Assembly: GCA_977017645.1 (NCBI GenBank)
Contig: OZ360242.1
Location: 52,390,001 to 52,454,000, forward strand
From: Torpedo marmorata
Lineage: Eukaryota
Direction: 5' to 3'
Length of the DNA: 64,000 bases
Part shown: positions 48,167 to 59,400 of the stretch, one piece after another
Numbering within the stretch: position 1 is the first letter of the stretch
How the letters are laid out: the number at the start of each line of letters is the position of its first letter
Translations under genes and position numbers: made by a program
Notes under the pieces: generated by a model
The model's input: only the letters and a program-made list of their open reading frames with translations
Databases searched by the model: none
What the model was told of the DNA's origin: nothing

Positions 48167-49110
48167 CCGTATATTTCGGCGTATAAGTCGACCCTTGAAA
48201 CCCTCAAAAATGTCTCAAAAAACGGGGGTCGACTTATACACCGGATATACTTTTGAGACCTTAAAATCAGCTCAAAATCGAGTTCACGCCGATTCGGCGT
48301 ATAAGTCGACCCCTGAAAACACGATTCGGCGTATAAGTCGACCCCTGAAAACACGATTTGGCGTATAGGTCGACCCTGGAAGCACCTCCCCACCGCCGGC
48401 GCTGCCGCTCCCCGACACCGCCCCACCGCCGGGCGCCGCCATAAACCACCCAGACATTCTACAATTGTAGAGCCCGAGGTCCCCGCTCCTACCCAGGAGA
48501 ATGAGCTCCCCGCTCCTACCCGGGAGAACGAGCTCCCCGCTCGGGAGAACGAGCTCCCCGCTCCTGCTCGGGAGAAAGACGTCCCCGCTCCTGCTCGGGA
48601 GAACGAGCTCCCCGCTCCTGCTCGGGAGAAAGACGTCCCCGCTCCTGCTCAGGAGAACGAGCTCCCCGCTCCTTCTCAGGAGAAAGACGTCCACGCTCCT
48701 GCTCGGGAGAACGAGCTCCCCGCTACTGCTCAGGAGAAAGACGTCCCCGCTCCTGCTCGGGAGAACGAGGTCCCCGCTACTGCTCAGGAGAAAGACGTCG
48801 CTGCACCTGCATCTTCCCGGCCAGAAGCAAAGGTTTATTTTACTGTTTTTTTTACTTACCGGTACTTGCTTAATTTACAGCTTTGCTACTTGGCGATTGG
48901 GATGTTGTAACAAATTTTGGGTTGTTGCTGGGAGGCCCAGACAGCCTGAAAATTGGGGGTCGACTTATACGCCGGTCAATGCGCAACATCTCAGGCATCG
49001 CGATTTTTGGGGGTCGACTTATACGCCGGATATACCATAAAACCATTAAAATGAGGCTGAAAAAGGGGGGTCGACTTATCTGCCGGTCGACTTATACGCC
49101 AAATATACGG
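48167..49110. mobile_element. Tc2-like non-autonomous transposon with repeated subterminal motifs and a 27-bp minisatellite (48475-48800)
   Basis: TIR ccgtatattt(c)ggcgtataagtcgacc with TA TSD; the L1 frame EKIT|YNLRNKY resumes across it. Confidence 0.88.
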
Positions 49111-49465
49111 TACTTATAATTTACGTAATAAATATCATTTCTTTTTGAAAATATGGAGCCCATATATAAAAACAGTTGGTTTAAGGATTTGAAGATCTCT
49201 GGATTTCAGATCTGACTGGTGAACCTATTTTCCACAATTTAGATTATAGTTGTTCTTTTATTTTAGATTGACATTCTCCTTATTCTATCTTTTTCTTTCT
49301 TTCTTTTCTATTAACTAGATTAGTAGGGATGGGAGGGTTAGGGAGGGGAGGGAGGGTGGGGGGGGGAGAAAATATATCACATGTATTTTGATAATTTTGC
49401 ATTTTATACAGTGATTTAAACAATTTTAAATAAAATATTTTAAAAAAAAATAATAATCTTTACCC

Positions 49466-49845
49466 TGTAGCCGACTGCTACGAAGAAACACACACACGCA
49501 GTGTGGAAGGTTAAGCTCTCAGCTTTATTGAGACTGGAAATGCTTCTTTTATACAGTTGGAGTTCCCGCCGTTTGGTTGATTGGTTGACATCAGCCGCAT
49601 GAATAACAATAGCGGGCGGGAACGTTCTTGCATATGAATACCCTTCTTCCCCAGCCTGGTATTGATCTGTTAGCTGGGCAGCTTGGCCAGCGCCATTTTA
49701 GGGGTGCTGGTCTTGTACTGCTCCAGCTTTCAACCGCGCCGGTTCGCAATGCTAAGGGTCGCGTTACAATGTGTTATGCCGCTGTTTACTACCGCGCGCG
49801 CCGCGCGATGTGCCGGCTCAATCTCCGCGGTGGCGAGCCGCCACA
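49466..49845 (-). mobile_element. Solo LTR (380 bp)
   Basis: Ends tgtagc...gccaca with TSD accc (49462-49465 and 49846-49849); TATAAAA and AATAAA on the minus strand. Confidence 0.7.
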
Positions 49846-49879
49846 ACCCCTTCATAAGGTCAGAATAGGGAGTGTTTGT

Positions 49880-50715
49880 TGATGTTTGTACAACATTCAA
49901 TTCCATCTACAAATCCTCAGCAAATAAAGCAACCCACTCCTGCCTGCAGCACAAGCTAAATAACATTTAAGCATGGGCTGATAGGAAGCAAGTAATATTC
50001 ACATCACAAAAGTGCAGGCACTTACCATCTTCATCGGGAGAAGCACTGGACAACTACCTCTAACATTCAGTAACACTACCATCATTGATTTTACCCTCAG
50101 TATTCTGAAAATTACCTCGAAACTGAAACTCACTGGACATTCACATAAATAGTCTGGTTACAGGAGAAAATCAAATGAAAGGCTGGGTATCCAGTTGACT
50201 CATTTCCTGACACTCCAAGGCCTTTCTACCATTTGCAAGGCACAAATCAGAGGTATTCCACTTGCCTGGATGAATGCAGGCCCAACAACTCTCCCAGCAC
50301 AATCAAGGACAAAGCAGTCTGCTTGACTGACAGCACAAAACCTCTATTTATTCCAACCATCACTGGTGACTGTCGTGTGTACTATTTTACAAAATGCATT
50401 GCAATTACTGACCCAGGCTATTCACAGAGCCCCTCCCAAACCCACGATCACCAGCACAAGGACAACAGGTGGAGGGGAACCCACCAAAGGCAGGTTCCCC
50501 TCCCAAACGCTCAGCAATCTGACTTGGAAATATATCAATATTCCTTCATGGTTTCTGGATCTAAATCCTTCAACTTCCTGAGCAATAGCACAGTAGGAGC
50601 ATCTTCACCCGAAAGAATGCAATTGTTCAAGAAAGCAGCTGAGCACAGGGCAAATGTGCTTGAGCAATATATTTTGGCCTTGGCAGTCACACCCAGAACC
50701 CAAATAAACAAAAAT
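49880..50715 (+). mobile_element. Old degraded CR1/L2-group LINE 3' region
   Basis: Remnants 'gcatgggctgataggaagcaagtaatattc...aagtgcagg' and 'ttccacttgcctggatga'. Confidence 0.45.
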
Positions 50716-50787
50716 CATGAAATAAGAACAAAGTGTGCTGAGGAGCAAGTAACTTTATTGATAAGTAGAGAAGGATGTTTCCCCAGT

Positions 50788-51062
50788 CAGTGGCGTAGCT
50801 AGGGGGGGAGCGATAGCTCCCCCTGAGCACATTTTTCAAAAGTGGCGTCTTCCCCCCTCAACTTCGATGCCGCTGCCCCCCGCTCTGACGCTAATACCAT
50901 CCCCCCGCTCCGACGCCACCGCCACCCCCCCCCCCCCACCGCTCCGATGCCGAAAAATAAGTGCAGCCTGCCATTCAACCACTGACTCACCATCTGGCAT
51001 GTGTTGTGGCACCTTTTTTATGTGCTCGCTCCCCCTAACTTTAGAACCTGGCTACGCCCCTG
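50788..51062. mobile_element. hAT MITE
   Basis: cagtggcgtagc...gctacgcccctg with an 8-bp TSD tccccagt/gccccagt. Confidence 0.8.
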
Positions 51063-51879
51063 GCCCCAGTACCCTGCCCTGTGAGGTGGAACAATACGTA
51101 CTCAGTTTGATTGGGAACATGAAATGTTGGGCTGCTTATTAGATGAACAGGGGAGACTGGGAGGAGGTTCACGCTAACATTCACGCTTCTTTTAACCTGA
51201 CAACTACTTTGAGATGTGAACGACCTTGGGCAGTGACCTGACACAAATCCCAGCACACACCCATAGATGCAGTGATTACCATCACAAATTGGTAGCTCAT
51301 TTACCATCTCTTCCAATATTTAAAAGTGGACAGCGTTTGCACAATACTTAAAATTGAAAGTGTTAAGGAAAAATAGGAATATTATGCCCATTTGAATCAA
51401 AGTCTAGCTTGTATGCATGTTCCAATCAAGAAAGAATCTGATGAATAAAAATAAGCTCTTTATGCCTGCAACACTAGAAATACTCAAGCACCACATCAAT
51501 ACTGTACAGGTCTACACCACAACCTGGAGATACACAAGCAAATTCCTGGGATGAGAGGATTTCCTAACAAAAGAGACTAAATCTATTGGTTCTAAATTCC
51601 ATGGAGTTTTGAAGAATGAGGGGTGACCTTATACAAACAAGACAAAAGCCGTGTTGCTTTTTCCAGAGGGCTCTTGTATTTTCTGCTTAGTCCTGAGCAC
51701 ATGGCACAACAGGAGCTGCCAATATTACCTGCCAAGTACTTGCACCACACTTCATTCGTGTTTAGAATTCTCTCATGCCATGCTGGATCAGTGGATAAAC
51801 TGACCTATAAAATTAATCCAGTGTTTTAAATTCAAATCCGACCACAGCAGCAGAGAAATTTAAATTTAGTTGTTTAATT

Positions 51880-54220
51880 AGATACAATAGACAATAGGTG
51901 CAGGAGTAGGCCATTCGGCCCTTTGAGCCAGCACCGCCATTCACTGTGATCATGGCTGATCATTCACTATCAGTACCCCGTTCCTGCCTTCTCCGCATAT
52001 CCCTTGACTCTGCTATCTTTAAGAGCTCTATCTAACTCTTTCTTGAAAGCATCCAGAGAATTGGCCTCCACTGCCTTCTGAGGCAGAGCATTCCACAGAT
52101 CCACAACTCTCTGGGTGAAAAGGTTTTTCCTCAACTCCGTTCTAAATGGCCTACCCCTTATTCTTAAACTGTGGCCTCTGGTTCTGGACTCCCCCAACAT
52201 CGGGAACATGTTTCCTGCCTCTAGCGTGTCCAATCCCTTAATAATCTTATATGTTTCAATCAGATCCCCTCTCATCCTTCTAAATTCCAGTGTATACAAG
52301 CCCAACCACTCCAATCTTTCTACATATGACAGTCCTGCCATCCCGGGAATTAACCTCGTGAACTTACGCTGCACTCCCTCAATAGAAAGAATGTCCTTCC
52401 TCAAACCTGGAGACAAAAACTGCACACAATACTCCAGGTGTGGTCTCACGAGGGCCCTGTACAACTGCACAAGGACCTCTTTGCTCCTATACTCAACTCC
52501 CCTTGTTATGAAGGCCAACATGCCATTAGCTTTCTTCACTGCCTGCTGTACCTGCAGGCTTACTTTCAGTGACTGATGAACAAGGACACCTTTTCCTAAC
52601 TTGACACCATTCAGTTAGTAATCTGCCTTCCTGTTCTTGCCACCAAAGTGGATAACCTCACATGTATCCACATTAAACTGCATCTGCCATGCATCTGCCC
52701 ACTCACCCAACCTGTCCAAGTCACCCTGCATTCTCATAACATCCTCCTCACATTTCACACTGCCACCCAGCTTTTTGTCATCTGCAAATTTACTAATGTT
52801 ACTTTTAACCCCTTCATCTAAATCATTAATGTATATTGTAAACAGCTGCAGTCCCAGCACCGAGCCTTGCGGTACCCCACTAGTCACTGCCTGCCATTCT
52901 GAAATGGACCCGTTAATCCCTACTCTTTGTTTCCTGTCTGCCAACCAATTTTCTATCCATGTCAGTACCCTACCACCAAAACCATGTGCTCTAATTTTGC
53001 CCACTAATCTCCTATGTGGGAACTTATCAAAGGTTTTCTGAAAGTCCAGGTACACTACATCCACTGGCTCTCCCTTGTCCATTATCATAGTTACATCCTC
53101 AAATAATTCCAGAAGATTAGTCAAGCATGATTTCCCCTTCGTAAATCCATGCTGACTCGGACCGATCCTGTTACTGCTATTCAAATGTGCCACTATTTCA
53201 TCTTTTATAATTGACTCCAGCATCTTCCCCACCACTGATGTCAGGCTAACTGGTCTATAATTCCCTGTTTTCTCTCTCCCTCCTTTCTTAAAAAGTGGGA
53301 TAACATTAGCTACCCTCCAATCCACAGGAACTGATCCTGAATCTATAGAACATTGGAAAATGATTACCAATGTGTCCACGATTTCTAGAGCCACCTCCTT
53401 AAGTACCCTGGGATGCAGACCATCAGGCCCTGGGGATTTATCAGCCTTCAGTCCCATCAGTCTACCCAACACCATTTTCTGCCTAATGTGAATTTCCTTC
53501 AGTTCCTCTGTTACCCTAGGTCCTCTGTCCACTATTACATCTGGGAGATTGTTTGTGTCTTCCCTAGTGAAGACAGATCCAAAGTACCTGTTCAACTTGT
53601 TTGCAATTTCCTTGTTCCCCATAATAATTTCACCTGTTTCTGTCTTCAAGGATCCAACTTTGATCTTAACTAATTTTTTCCTCTTCACATACCTAAAGAA
53701 GCTTTTACTATCCTCCTTTATATTCTTGGCTAGCTTACCTTCGTACCTCATCTTTTCTCCCCGTATTGCCTTTTTAGTTATCTTCTGTTGCTCTTTAAAA
53801 GTTTCCCAATCCTCTGGCTTCCCACTCATCTTTGCTATGTTATACTTCTTCTCTTTTATTTTCATACTGTCCTTGCCTTCCCTTGTCAGCCACGGTCGCC
53901 CCTTACTCCCCTTAGAATCTTTCTTCCTCTTTGGAATGAACTGATCCTGCACCTTCTGTATTATTCCCAGAAATACCTGCCATAGTTGTTCCACTGTCAT
54001 CCCTGCTAGGGTATCTTTCCAGTCAACTTTGGCCAGCTCCTCCCTCATGGCTCCATAGTCCCCTTTGTTCAACTGTAATATAGACACTTCCGATTTTCCC
54101 TTCTCCCTCTCAAATTGTAGATTAAAACTTATCATATTATGGTCACTACATCCTAATGGCTCCTTTACCTCGAGTTACCTTATCAAATCTGGTTCATTAC
54201 ACAACACTAAATCCAGAATA
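51880..54220 (-). mobile_element. CR1 LINE, 5'-truncated; ORF2 split into 52615-54135 and 51970-52539
   Basis: Motifs KSPGPDGLHP, GVPQGSVLG, KFADD and VRPHLEYC; 3' tail (ctattgt)n. Confidence 0.92.
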
Positions 54221-54572
54221 GGCAAGTATGAAATTATAATCTTGCTGTAAATCCTTCCTGGTTCATCTTAAACTTTAGGAAAGGAATCTACTGCATTAAC
54301 CAGTCTGGACTATGTGACTCCAAAAGCAAGAGATGTCGACTTTTAACTGCCCCTGAAATGAACGAACAACCCATTCACTCTAAGGGACAATTGGCCTCAC
54401 CACATTGCATGTAAAGAAGTAAAAACACAACGCTGGAGAAACTCAGCAGGTCAAACAGTGTACCCTATATAGCAAAGATAAAGATACAAACCGGTAAACA
54501 ACATTTCAGGCTTGAGCCCTTCATCAAGGTATGAAAAAATGTCGGCAGGCACCCGAACAAAATGGTAGGGCC

Positions 54573-56428
54573 AGTGGCAGATCAACTATTAGGCTGACTA
54601 GGCTGAAGCCTAGGGGCCCGGAAGGTAAGGGGGCCCGTCACAACAACTGGTACACCAATGTAACCACTTGTCAATATGGGCTCACGTTAGTCCTGGGTCC
54701 ACCCGTCAATCAAGGCTCGCGGAGGTACCGCGTTCACCTGTCAATCAGCAGCGGGTCTCAGTCCCATCTATCAATTCTGGCTCCTCCGGTCCCAATGCTA
54801 CCTGTCAATCAATGCTCGCGTTTGTACGCGCACACGAGTCTGAGGTCTGCCTCCTGCAGCAGAGCTCGGCTCATGCAGCGTCGCTCAGGAGGTTTACTCC
54901 CATGCCGGAGCTCACCAGAAACGGCGACAAGAAGGTCTCGCGAGACCTGGCCTTGGTGTCCGCCATGTTGTATTGGGGGGGGCCGCCGCCCAGAGCAGAC
55001 CCATGAGGTGCCGGAGCAGCACTCCAGTGAGCTCCGGCAGCACTGCACCCTTCCTTCCCTTCTCTATCTCCCTCCCTCTCCTCTCCTCTCCCTCCCACTC
55101 TCCCCCTTCCCTCCCCTCTCTCTCCCTCCCCTCTCTCCCTCCCTCTCTCTCCCCCTCCCTCCCATTCTCTCCCCCTCCCTCACTCCCCTTCTCTGTCCCT
55201 CCCTCTCCCCTCCCTCCCTCCTCTCTCCCTCCCTCACCTCTCCACCTTCTCTCCCCTTCCCTCCCATCCCCCTCCCCTTCTCTCCCCCTCCCTCTCCCTC
55301 ACCTCTCCCCTTCTCTCCCCTCCTTCCCCTTCCCTCTCTCCCTCCCCCTCCCCTTCTCTCTCTTCCTCCCTCTCACCTTCCCTCCCTCCCCCTCTCTCCC
55401 CCTCCTCCCTTTCTCTCCCTCCCTCCTCCCTCCTCCCCCTCCCTCCCTCCCTCTCTCCTCCCTCCCTCTCTCTCCCCTCCCTTCTCCCTCTCTCTCCCCT
55501 ACCTCTTCCCTCTCTCTCCCCTCCTTCCCCCTCTCTCTCTCCCCTCCTTCCCCTCTCTCTCTCCCCTCCCTCCCCCTCCTTCCCCTCTCTCTCTCCCCTC
55601 CTTCCCCCTCTCTCTCTCCCCTCCCTCCTTCCCCTCTCTCTCTCCCCTCCCTCCCTCTCTCTCTCCCCTCCCCTCCCTCCCCCTCTCTCTCTCTCTCTCC
55701 CTTCCCTCCCCCCTCTCTCCACCCTCCCTCCCCTCTCTCTCTCTCCCTCCGCCCTCCCTCCTCTCTCCCTCCCTCCGTCCAGATTGATGTCACATCCTGC
55801 GGTATCTCCCAGACCAGATTCAGGCTGGAAGCCGCTCTCTGCTCCTTGGTGCCCGCTCGCCTGCTGCCGGCGGGGCTGAGATGCTGCTGCGGTCAGGTGC
55901 CTGAGTGGGACTTGAGCGAGAAAGACAGAGGGAGAGGGAGGGGCGCCGAGCGGGAGCCGAGGCCAGGACGAGGTGCAGAGAGCCCGGGACAACCGGACAA
56001 GGAACGGAGCAGCATGGAAGCAGAGGTGCCAGAGCGGCGCTCCGGTGAGCTCCGGCAGCTCTGCACCCCTATTGTATCGAGACTGTTTTTTTTAGAACTG
56101 ATTTTATTTAACCTTTTGTAACTAACAGACTTTTCACATTATTCGGGGCTAGCAGTCGGCTTCTGTAACGTAAAGTTTTGTTTGATTTTAATGAAGTTTT
56201 TCCGCTCCTCCTCCAACCAAACACCAACTGATGTATTCCCAGCACATACCCGGCAGATACATTTCGAATATGTGAGGGCATCACGCCCAAAGGCTAATAA
56301 ATGGAACAATTTCACTTTATTCTATTCAACGAAGGGTGGGTGCCATGGGGCGGGGGGGGGGGGGGCAAGGTCAGGGGGGCCTTACTAAAGCTCAGTCTAG
56401 AGCCCAGGTGGTAGTTAATCCGCCACTG
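54573..56428. mobile_element. hAT non-autonomous element carrying a ~730-bp polypyrimidine tract
   Basis: TIRs cagtggcagatcaacta and tagttaatccgccactg; 8-bp TSD ggtagggc/ggtagggg (right copy displaced to 61081-61088 by the Gypsy insertion). Confidence 0.75.
55047..55775. repeat. Low-complexity C/T tract
   Basis: Almost pure pyrimidine on the plus strand. Confidence 0.95.
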
Positions 56429-56429
56429 G

Positions 56430-59400
56430 TGATGTACCTATCAATGACAGACGCGAGTCTGGAAGTGCAGGAAATCAATAGGCTTTTAATACCAGAAATC
56501 AGGCCAGGGCTAAGCTACACTTGACCTGGTGATCCCTGCTGGACTGTCCCGGAACTGTGGGTGGAGTCAATGGCTCAAGGCCTTTATTCCAGGGGAAAGG
56601 GGGGAGGAGTCACCGGGACAGACAGACAGGTCATGGTCAGACTTGCCCCAGCCCACAATACACATATACATACTATAGTGGTTTACCACATTCACCCCTT
56701 CTTTTAGAACAAGTCCGACGGGGGGGGGGGTGAAGTGGATACCGTAATTAAAGATCACACAAATATACACAGATTATTTACATAGTCACTATCACGTCTA
56801 CAGATTGAGTCTATCCGGCGGCCGGATTTGCCGCTGTGACCTGCGTAATACCAGCGGTGATGGTTGTGGTTGTGGAACGAGGGTACGTAATACCTGCGGT
56901 GATGGTTGTGGTTGTGGAACGAGAGTAGGGTGGGTCTGGGTTTGGTTTGCCTCCTGCCTGGCTTGTGGCTCTTCCAGCTCCGGCTGGGGCGTTGTACCCG
57001 CCGTGCTGGGAGGCGAATGGGGCGGAGGGGGCAGCTGTGACCCGGCGTTCCCGCTGTCGGGGACCTCTTCTGACGCTCCTGCAGGCGCCAGGTCCCGTAT
57101 TGACACCGTGTCTTCCCGCCCGTCGGGGAAAACCACGAATGCGTACTGCGGGTTCGCGTGGATCAGCTGCACCCTCTCGACCAAGGGCTCGTACTTGCTA
57201 CTCCGAAGATGTTTGCGGAGTAGCACCGGTCCCGGGGACGTCAGCCAGGCAGGGAGGGTAGTTCCGGTGGTCGATTTTCTGGGGAAGGAAAAGAGACGTT
57301 CGTGAGGGGTAGCGTTAGTGGCGGTACATAAGAGGGATCGTATAGAGTGGAGGGCGTCCGGGAGAACCTCCTGCCAGCGGGCCACTGGCCACCCTTTTGA
57401 TTTCAGGGCCAGTAGTGTAGCTGTCCATACAGTGGCGTTCTCCCTCTCCACCTGTCCGTTCCCCCGCGGGTTGTACCCCGTGGTCCTACTGGTGGCGATG
57501 CCTCGGGTCTGCAAGTACTGCCGCAGCTCCTCGCTCATGAACGCGGATCCCCGATCGCTATGGACGTAGCTGGGGAACCCGAACAAGGTGAATACCTGGC
57601 GGAGGGCTTTGATAGCCGAAGCCGCCGAGGTATCAGGGCAGGGGATGGCAAAGGGGAACCGCGAGTACTCATCAATGATATTAAGGAAGTACACGTTGCA
57701 GTTCGTGGAGGGAAGGGGGCCCTTGAAGTCTATACTGAGACGTTCGAACGGGCGGGTGGCCTTGACCAGCTGTGCTCTGTCGGGGCGGTAGTACTGCGGT
57801 TTGCATTCCGCACAGACTCGGCAGCTGCTGGTCATGGTTCTGACCTCATCCAGGGAGAAAGGCAGGTTCCGTGCTTTGATGAAGTGGAACAGCCTGGTGA
57901 CTCCTGGGTGGCAGAGGTCGTTGTGTAGGGAGTATACTCGGTCGATCTGCGCGCTGGCGCACGATCCCCGGGATAGAGCGTCGGAGGGCTCGTTGAGCTT
58001 CCCGGGCCGGTACATGATGTCGTAATTGTAGGTGGAGAGTTCTATTCTCCACCTCATGATTTTGTCATTCTTGATTTTACCCCGCTGCTGGCTGTTAAAC
58101 ATGAATGCGACGGAGCGCTGGTCCGTCAGCAGGGTAAAATGTTTTCCGGCGAGATAGTGCCTCCAGTGCCGAACAGCCTCAACTATGGCCTGGGCCTCTT
58201 TCTCTACCGCGGAGTGCCGAATTTCGGGGCCTTGAAGGGTGCGGGAGAAAAACGCTACCGGTCTTCCCGCCTGGTTGAGGGTAGCAGCCAGTGCGAAGTC
58301 CGATGCGTCGCTCTCCACCTGAAAAGGTTCCGACTCGTCCACCGCGTGCATCGCTGCTCGGGCGATGTCCCCTTTTATGAGGTCGAAGGCCTCACGTGCC
58401 TCCGCTGCCAGGGGAAACTTGGTGGATTTGACGAGGGGTCGGGCTTTGTCCGCGTAGTTTGGAACCCACTGCGCATAATAAGAGAAGAACCCGAGGCATC
58501 GTTTAAGGGCTTTGGGGGTAAGGGGAATCGGAAGTTCCAACAGGGGGCGCATGCGGTCGGGGTCGGGTCCAATCACCCCGTTCTCCACGACGCACCCCAG
58601 AATAGCGAGTCGGGTAGTCCCGAACACGCATTTCTCCTCGTTATAAGTGAGGTTCAGCGTCTTAGCCGCCTGTAGGAACTTCCGAAGGTTCCTATCGTGA
58701 TCCTGGCGATCATGACCACAAATGGTGATGTCGTCCAGGTACGGGAAGGTGGCAGTGAGTTTGAACTGGTCAATGATCCTGTCCATCTCCCGTTGAAACA
58801 CGGATACCCCGTTTGTTACCCCGAAGGGGACGCGCAGAAAATGGAATAATCTGCCGTCCGCCTCGAAAGCGGTGTACGCTCGGTCTTCCCGGCGAATCGG
58901 AAGCTGGTGGTAAGCCGACTTTAGATCGATGGTGGAAAATATTTTATACTGCGCAATCTGGTTGACCATATCCGCGATTCTTGGCAGCGGATAGGCATCC
59001 AGTTGCGTGAACCGGTTAATGGTCTGGCTATAGTCCACCACCATCCGGCTCTTAGCCCCGTTCTTCACCACGACTACCTGTGCTCTCCAGGGGCTGTTAC
59101 TGTGTGCTATGATCCCTTCCCCCAGTAGACGATGCACTTCCGCCTTAATGAATGCCCTGTCCCCTGCACTGTATCGCCTACTTTTAGTCGCTACAGGCTT
59201 ACAGTCAGGGGTCAGGTTGGCGAAAAGTGACGGGGGTTGGGTCTTCAGCGTGGAGAGACCACAGGTAGTCTGGGGCGTATTATTCAAGTACTGGGGGTTG
59301 GTCACTACGATCGGAGGGTGGGGCCCATCATAGTGCATGGTGACGCTTCGCAGGTGGCTTTGGAAGTCCAGTCCCAGCAATACAGGAGCACACAAGCGGG

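Larger units (their letters stand above)
44781..49451. mobile_element. L1 LINE with a 5' inversion (minus 44781-~47403, plus ~47403-49451), hosting Rex1 and Tc2 insertions
   Basis: 14-bp TSD aataatctttaccc at 44767-44780 and 49452-49465. ORF2 pieces lie on both strands; AATAAA plus A tail. Confidence 0.88.

Noticed and set aside
54531-56121. Long Pro/Ser/Leu- and Gly/Glu/Arg-rich ORFs
   Set aside because: They are translations of the C/T tract, which has no stop codons because of its composition.
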